Assembly: GCA_016218805.1 (NCBI GenBank)
Contig: JACRCW010000023.1
Span: forward strand, 1-46,608
Direction: 5' to 3'
Length of the DNA stretch: 46,608 nt
DNA from: Deltaproteobacteria bacterium
Lineage (GTDB): Bacteria > Myxococcota > JACRCW01
Part shown: positions 41,680 to 46,608 of the stretch, one piece after another
Position numbering within the stretch: the stretch's first letter is position 1
Layout: every line of letters starts with the position of its first letter
Made by a program: the position numbers and the translations under genes
The notes under the pieces: model-generated
What the model saw: the letters and a program-made list of their open reading frames with translations, nothing else
Database searches by the model: none
What the model was told of the DNA's origin: nothing

Positions 41680-42813
41680 TCAGCGGGGAGCAGGGCGCGC
41701 TTCCGGCGCAAGCGCCGCGCGCAGCGCTGACCAGTCCACGTTCAGAGGCGCCGCGCCGGCGGCGGGCGGGTTTTCGCGCGACAACTCCGCAATGCGCTCC
41801 ATCCGTTCCCGGCTCAGCGGGTGGGTTCCCAACAACGCGGACACAGAACTGTCGCCGCCCTGCTGTTCCTCTTCCTTCGCCAGGCGGCCAAAGAACGCGG
41901 ACAGGCCCGCGGTATCCAGTCCCGCCGCGGCCAACAGGCGCACGCCGTCGTCGTCAGCCTCAGTCTCCATCCCGCGCGAGAACTGCAGCTGGGTCAGCGT
42001 GGCCGCTCCCTGCAACAGCAGGCCGGTCACGGCGCTGACGTCCCCCACCAGTGCGCCCAGTGCCACCACAATGCCCAGCCGCTGCACCAGCATGCGCATG
42101 GAATGCCGCCGTTTCACGTGCGCCAGCTCGTGCGCCAGGACGCCCGCCACCTCCTCCGGGGACTCCGCACGCTGCAGCAAGCCGGTCAGCACCACCACCG
42201 TGCCACCGGGAAACGCCAGCGCGTTGACATCGTCACGCTCCAGCACCACCAGGCGGATGGCCGGCCCGCCGGGCCGCAGCCGTTCCACCATCACCTGCAG
42301 CGGGCCGGTGATGCGCGCGTCCTCCAGCCGCCGCCCGGACTTCACCACCTCCGCGCTGGCCACCTCACCCACCTGCGCGTCCACGGATTCCGGCACCAGC
42401 GCCAGCACCAGGTCCACCAGCGGCCCAAACACAAACGCCGTCCCCCCAACGACGAGCGCAACCAGCGCGGCCAGCGGGAGCAGCACCTTGCGCCGCCACG
42501 CGCCCAACCGGCGCGTCGCGTCCGCGCCCAGCATGGCGGCCACCGCCGGGTGGGACAGCGCCCGCAGGTCCGCCAGGATCCCCGCGTCTTCCGTCGTGAA
42601 CCGCAGCCCGTCCGGGGACTCAAACACCAGGATTTGCTGGCGCGTCCCCTGCCGCAGGTGCGTCATGTGCGCAAACGGGATTTGCAGCGTGTCGCCGCCA
42701 GGGAGCCGGGCGGTGATGCCGGACGCGTCAACCACCAGCACGCACTCTGACCGTCCCAGCGGCAACGACGCGTGCAGCGCTCGGCCGTTGCGCGTCAAGA
42801 TTCCCACCGTCAC
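41680..42813 (-). CDS. M48 family zinc metallopeptidase with N-terminal soluble domain and TM anchor
   Basis: VNALAFPGG, GVLAHELAHV (HExxH), FSRGMETEAD, THP; TM segment VLLPLAALVALVVGG. Confidence 0.9.
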   Translation of the reverse strand: MTVGILTRNGRALHASLPLGRSECVLVVDASGITARLPGGDTLQIPFAHMTHLRQGTRQQILVFESPDGLRFTTEDAGILADLRALSHPAVAAMLGADATRRLGAWRRKVLLPLAALVALVVGGTAFVFGPLVDLVLALVPESVDAQVGEVASAEVVKSGRRLEDARITGPLQVMVERLRPGGPAIRLVVLERDDVNALAFPGGTVVVLTGLLQRAESPEEVAGVLAHELAHVKRRHSMRMLVQRLGIVVALGALVGDVSAVTGLLLQGAATLTQLQFSRGMETEADDDGVRLLAAAGLDTAGLSAFFGRLAKEEEQQGGDSSVSALLGTHPLSRERMERIAELSRENPPAAGAAPLNVDWSALRAALAPEARPAPR

Positions 42814-42817
42814 GGCG

Positions 42818-43495
42818 TCAGGCCTTGGCCCGTTCAAACACGGCCACCATGGCGGGCTGCGCCAGGATCCCGAACAGCCGGCGCTCATCCCGGAACGTGA
42901 TCTTGATCTGCTGGCGGCTGGTGCCTGCTTCGTTGAGTTCGCGCTCCACCAATTGCGCGTCAATGGTGCGGGTGAAGAAGCGGTACGGGATCTGCCGGAC
43001 CTGGTAGCTGCAGGCGGGCGCCGGGCCGGCAATGGGCTTGCGGAAGATGAACGCATAGGACTCGCGCGGGAACAGCAGCAGCAGGCGCGTGGGGTATTTC
43101 ACGCCGTAATAGAGCTCAAATCCACCGCGGGCCGCGTCGTTGAGCAGCTTGGCCATGGCCTCCGGATCCACGGTGCGCGTGAAGAAGCGCGTCTTGTAGA
43201 CGGCCACGCGCCAGTCGTACTCGGCGTCCGGGTTGTCTTCGTTGCGGCGGAACATCAGCCCAAAACCCAGCGCGGCAAGAATCACTGCAATCCGGCGCTG
43301 CTCAATGGAGAATTCCCGCCGAATCAACCGGTACCCGTCCTGGCATCCCTCGCGGATCGCCTCGACGAGACGCTCCGGGTCAAACAGGCCGGTGAACAGG
43401 CCGAGCGGGAACAGGCGGTAGCGGAACCGGAAGCCGCGGTGGTCAGACGTGGCGGATGCGGACAGAGCAGCAACGGGTGCGGCGGAGTTCTCCAT
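42818..43495 (-). CDS. Protein of three tandem DUF4177-like repeats
   Basis: CAGGAGGA RBS; repeats FTGLFDPERLVEAIREGCQDGYRL, FTRTVDPEAMAKLLNDAARGGFEL and FTRTIDAQLVERELNEAG, each followed by a short strand ending FRR, FRK or FER. Confidence 0.7.
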   Translation of the reverse strand: MENSAAPVAALSASATSDHRGFRFRYRLFPLGLFTGLFDPERLVEAIREGCQDGYRLIRREFSIEQRRIAVILAALGFGLMFRRNEDNPDAEYDWRVAVYKTRFFTRTVDPEAMAKLLNDAARGGFELYYGVKYPTRLLLLFPRESYAFIFRKPIAGPAPACSYQVRQIPYRFFTRTIDAQLVERELNEAGTSRQQIKITFRDERRLFGILAQPAMVAVFERAKA

Positions 43496-43693
43496 GGTGT
43501 CCTCCTGGTCAAAACAGGGCCCCGCATACGGCGGCGCTTGCGGCGTAGCAAGATGGCCCGGCCCCCACTGCACGGATGGGCACGGGTAGGAACCGCAAGA
43601 CAACGGACGCCAATCCCGTGGAATTCCGTCACCACGCTGGAAATTCGCACGCCACGGCAACGCCAACCTGCTGATTCTCCGGCGGTCCCGCGC

Positions 43694-43709
43694 TGGCACG
43701 AAACCCGCT
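43694..43709 (+). promoter_or_regulatory. Candidate sigma54 (-24/-12) promoter
   Basis: TGGCACG-AAAC-CCGCT with exact GG-N10-GC spacing, about 20 bp before ATG 43729. Confidence 0.45.
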
Positions 43710-43728
43710 GCACGTGCGCCACCGTCCC

Positions 43729-46185
43729 ATGACCGCCCGCTGCTTGCCCGCGCTGTTCGCCCTGGTTGCTGCCGTGGGGTGTGCACCGGCTGACGCGGAC
43801 CTGCGCGTCCTGGAGGGTCACCTGGAGGCGCTGGAGGAGCGCGTGGAGTTCCCGCGCGTGTCGGTGGGCGAGCGGGCGTTGGCGCACGCGCGCTTTCACA
43901 ACCGCGGCGGCGCCAGCGTGCAACTGCGGGCCCGGGTTGAACCGGCGTATTCGGCGGTGGTGGTGCTGCGGCCCGTGGTCAACGTGGCGCCGGCGGGAAC
44001 GGTGAGCGTGGAGCTGGCCTTCCTGCCGGTGGATGCGCACCCGCTGGAGGCAACCCTGCTGGTGGAGCATGACGGGGCCGCGCCCACGCTGCTGCGCGTG
44101 GCACTGGGCGGGACGGTCCGGCCCCCGCCGGATTGCGACGATCACAACCCCTGCACGCTGGACACGCAGGAACCGTTGGCCCCCGGCGGCTGCAACCACG
44201 CACCCGTTGAATCCGCGTGTGACGACGGTGACGCATGCACCACCCAGGACCGCTGTGTTGCGGGGACCTGCCAGGGCGGCGGGCCACTGGATTGTGACGA
44301 CGGCGTGGCATGCACGGCGGACACCTGTGACCCCGCCGCGGGGTGCCGCAGCCTGCCGGTGAACGCGCGCTGCGCAGACCAGGACCCGTGCACGGCGGAT
44401 GAATGCGCGCCCGCCGCGGGCGGATGCCGCAACGAGGTGGCCCCCACCGGCACGCCGTGTGGCCCGCCGTCCTGCGTGGTGATGAACCTGTGCGTCTCCG
44501 GCGAATGCCGCGTATTCCCCACGCCGGATGGCTTCCCGTGTGATGACGGTGATCCGTGCAGTGACGGTGACACCTGCGTGGCGGGGCAGTGCGCGGGCGG
44601 AACCGGCGGTGTGGGACTGGGCGACGCGGTGGCGGTGGTGGACGCAACCACCGCGCCGGATCCCACCGCCCGCGCGGATCCCTACTGGGACCCCGGGGTC
44701 CTGTTCGGTTACAGCCCGGTTGACGTGGTGGGCGCGGCGGCTTCCGGCGGGATGCCGTGGCTGTTCAACGGCGAATGCGAGAGCTCGCTGTGCGGCACAC
44801 CCGCCGACAACACCACGACGCTGGTGGCTTGGCGTGGGTCAGAGGGCTGGGCCAACGGTTGCGCCACCTGGCCGTCCCAGTGCGCGTCCCCCGCGGACCC
44901 GTGCGCACCCGCGGCGGTCATGCCCGCTTCCATGCAGCTCAAGCTGCTCACGGTGAACGCGCAGGGTCTGGCGTGGCCCCTGCCGGATTTCCCGCTGGCG
45001 GACGTCTACGCGCGGGTGCGCCAGGGTCCGGGCAGTTTCGTGCCCCCGGCGTCGGCCGCGGCCGCCAAATCCATTGAATTCGAAGGCCGCCTTTACGGCG
45101 CCGCGCTGATCAATTTCGGCGATGGGTGCGCCGCCTGCTCGGAAACCCAGCCGGTGCCCAGCGAGTGCATACCCCACGGAACGGCGCTGGTGACGTTTGC
45201 CGCGGACCACTCCGGGTTCTCTGTGGGGGACGTCAGCTGGCTGGGCCCGCGGCTGGACGGCCAGCCGGCGCCACCCCTGCTGCAGGACTCCCGCGGCCTG
45301 CCCGCGCTGGATGTGAGCGTCCGTGACGACATGCTTGCCGTGGCAATGGCCGTGGTGAACCCGGATGTGTGCTTGGACTGCGATGAATGCGGGTGTTTCG
45401 CATCCGTGGATTTCCGCGTGAACATCTACCGGCTGCCCGGGGTGTATTCGTCCAGCCTGGCGCCGGCATGGGTAGCGCAGCGCCAGATCGCCGGGCCGCA
45501 GGCCTGGCCCGCACCGGTGGATGGCGTCGTGGATTTCCAGGTCATCCTGGTGCAGCCGGAAGCGCCCGTGGTGGCGTGGCGCCAGCCGGCCGGCGGCGCC
45601 ACACCGGCCAGCGCATGCATGTTGGCGCCGGGCGCGCCTACGCAGTGGGTGGTTGTTGCCGGCGGCGCGGCGCCTTCCTGGGCCACGTCGGACGGCGCCA
45701 CCCCGGTCAACGGCGTGCGGCTGCTGACAACATCGCGCGGGGTGGAGCGTGTGCGGTGGCAATCCACCGGAACGCTGGTGGACGGCGTATGCCGCATGCA
45801 CGACGAGGTGACGCTGCACGGCTCCGAGGGCGCGTTCCCGCTGTGGTCGGTGGACCCGGAGCAGACCACGGACGCACTGGCGGTGCTGGGCGCGGCGGTG
45901 CTGCAGGACCGTGCGGTGATGGTTGGCGTCACGCTGGGCGGCCAGGTGACGCTGTCTTCGCTCCCGCCGGCGGGTGGGCCGGCCACGGGTCCGTCCGTGC
46001 ACCGGGCCGGTTTTCCGCCGCAGGCGGGCCAGGCGCTGTCCGCGCGGCATGCGCCGGTGGTGGCCTCGGGTGCCGCCGGACGTCCGGGAACCGTGGTGAC
46101 CATGGGCGAAGCCGGTATCTGGCGTGACTCCCTGCCGACACCCATCCTGGCGGTCCTGCCGCTGGCGTGCGGTGCGGGGCCCTGA
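43729..46185 (+). CDS. Lipoprotein with Ig-like domain, CDDGxxCT Cys-rich repeats and a large unknown C-terminal domain
   Basis: Lipobox VAAVGC; VEFPRVSVG...FHNRGG...VAPAGTVSVELAFLP (ASH/Ig-like); CDDHNPCT, CDDGDACT, CDDGVACT, CADQDPCT, CDDGDPCS. Confidence 0.85.
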   Translation: MTARCLPALFALVAAVGCAPADADLRVLEGHLEALEERVEFPRVSVGERALAHARFHNRGGASVQLRARVEPAYSAVVVLRPVVNVAPAGTVSVELAFLPVDAHPLEATLLVEHDGAAPTLLRVALGGTVRPPPDCDDHNPCTLDTQEPLAPGGCNHAPVESACDDGDACTTQDRCVAGTCQGGGPLDCDDGVACTADTCDPAAGCRSLPVNARCADQDPCTADECAPAAGGCRNEVAPTGTPCGPPSCVVMNLCVSGECRVFPTPDGFPCDDGDPCSDGDTCVAGQCAGGTGGVGLGDAVAVVDATTAPDPTARADPYWDPGVLFGYSPVDVVGAAASGGMPWLFNGECESSLCGTPADNTTTLVAWRGSEGWANGCATWPSQCASPADPCAPAAVMPASMQLKLLTVNAQGLAWPLPDFPLADVYARVRQGPGSFVPPASAAAAKSIEFEGRLYGAALINFGDGCAACSETQPVPSECIPHGTALVTFAADHSGFSVGDVSWLGPRLDGQPAPPLLQDSRGLPALDVSVRDDMLAVAMAVVNPDVCLDCDECGCFASVDFRVNIYRLPGVYSSSLAPAWVAQRQIAGPQAWPAPVDGVVDFQVILVQPEAPVVAWRQPAGGATPASACMLAPGAPTQWVVVAGGAAPSWATSDGATPVNGVRLLTTSRGVERVRWQSTGTLVDGVCRMHDEVTLHGSEGAFPLWSVDPEQTTDALAVLGAAVLQDRAVMVGVTLGGQVTLSSLPPAGGPATGPSVHRAGFPPQAGQALSARHAPVVASGAAGRPGTVVTMGEAGIWRDSLPTPILAVLPLACGAGP

Positions 46186-46256
46186 GCGCGCGCCGTCTGG
46201 GCACCACCCATGAGGGATTGCCGTGTCTTCCCCGGGTGACGCCGGGCGCTGTCACG

Positions 46257-46284
46257 TTGACGGTCCGGGCAACGCTGCTAGGTT
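46257..46284 (+). promoter_or_regulatory. Candidate sigma70 promoter
   Basis: TTGACG-N16-TAGGTT with an extended -10 TG. Confidence 0.5.
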
Positions 46285-46328
46285 CCGGCGCGGGGTGGCC
46301 TGTCCAGTGGGGTTGAGGTCAATGGCCG

Positions 46329-46608
46329 ATGCCGTCCGTGATGATTGTGCGTGATGAGGTCCTGAAGTTGCGCCTGGAAGGACGCCTGTCTGCCGCGGGC
46401 ATCTCCGACGTGGCGCTCACGGTGGTGGCCAACGCCATGGAAGCGCTGGACCGCACCCGGGTGGAACCGCCTACCGTGCTGGTTGTGACCTCGGCATTGA
46501 CGGGCACCACGCCCCCGGAGTTCTGCACCGCCGTGCGCGGGATACTGGGGGCGGCCTCCACCAAGCTGCTGCTGGTGACCGGCGCGGACCAGGCGCTGCT
46601 GGCGCAGC
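46329..46608 (+). CDS. Partial CDS beginning with a degenerate receiver-like domain (runs off the window)
   Basis: Own translation: MPSVMIVRDEVLKLRLEGRLSAAGISDVALTVVANAMEALDRTRVEPPTVLVVTSALTGTTPPEFCTAVRGILGAASTKLLLVTG; GAGG upstream. Not in the ORF track because it has no stop in the window. Confidence 0.65.
   Translation, partial: MPSVMIVRDEVLKLRLEGRLSAAGISDVALTVVANAMEALDRTRVEPPTVLVVTSALTGTTPPEFCTAVRGILGAASTKLLLVTGADQALLAQ

Noticed and set aside
1..46608. tRNA, rRNA, transposase, integrase or prophage genes
   Set aside because: No recognisable signatures by eye; tRNAscan-SE and Rfam scans would be needed to exclude small RNAs fully.

Overview
A GC-rich (roughly 70% by eye) bacterial chromosomal segment whose gene content suggests Myxococcota: Hanks-type Ser/Thr kinases, Cys-rich lipoproteins with Ser/Gly-DAG linkers, and a TonB-fused receptor. 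About 35 CDS. Housekeeping genes are a joined purine/pyrimidine cluster (purL-purQ-purF-pyrC-pyrD-pyrF), typA, ihfB, rarA and rpsT. Accessory genes include a kinase with tandem zinc ribbons, an ECF sigma factor fused to its own ZAS-type anti-sigma domain and divergent from a DUF302 gene, and a minus-strand run (rarA, TonB-dependent receptor, small partner plus GMC oxidoreductase, YkgJ, acyl-CoA ligase, metallophosphoesterase, Uma2). The most notable observations are: a ~1540-aa lipoprotein of ~61 four-Cys modules arranged in a 12/14/26-unit higher-order repeat; a dispersed REP-like multi-hairpin family (9 units at 4 loci), one copy of which overlaps the receptor's translation start; a second REP-like doublet near rpsT; and a context-dependent codon bias that avoids TCG/TCGA. 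I saw no rRNA, tRNA, CRISPR array or transposase. All family calls come from motif recognition by eye, not database searches.
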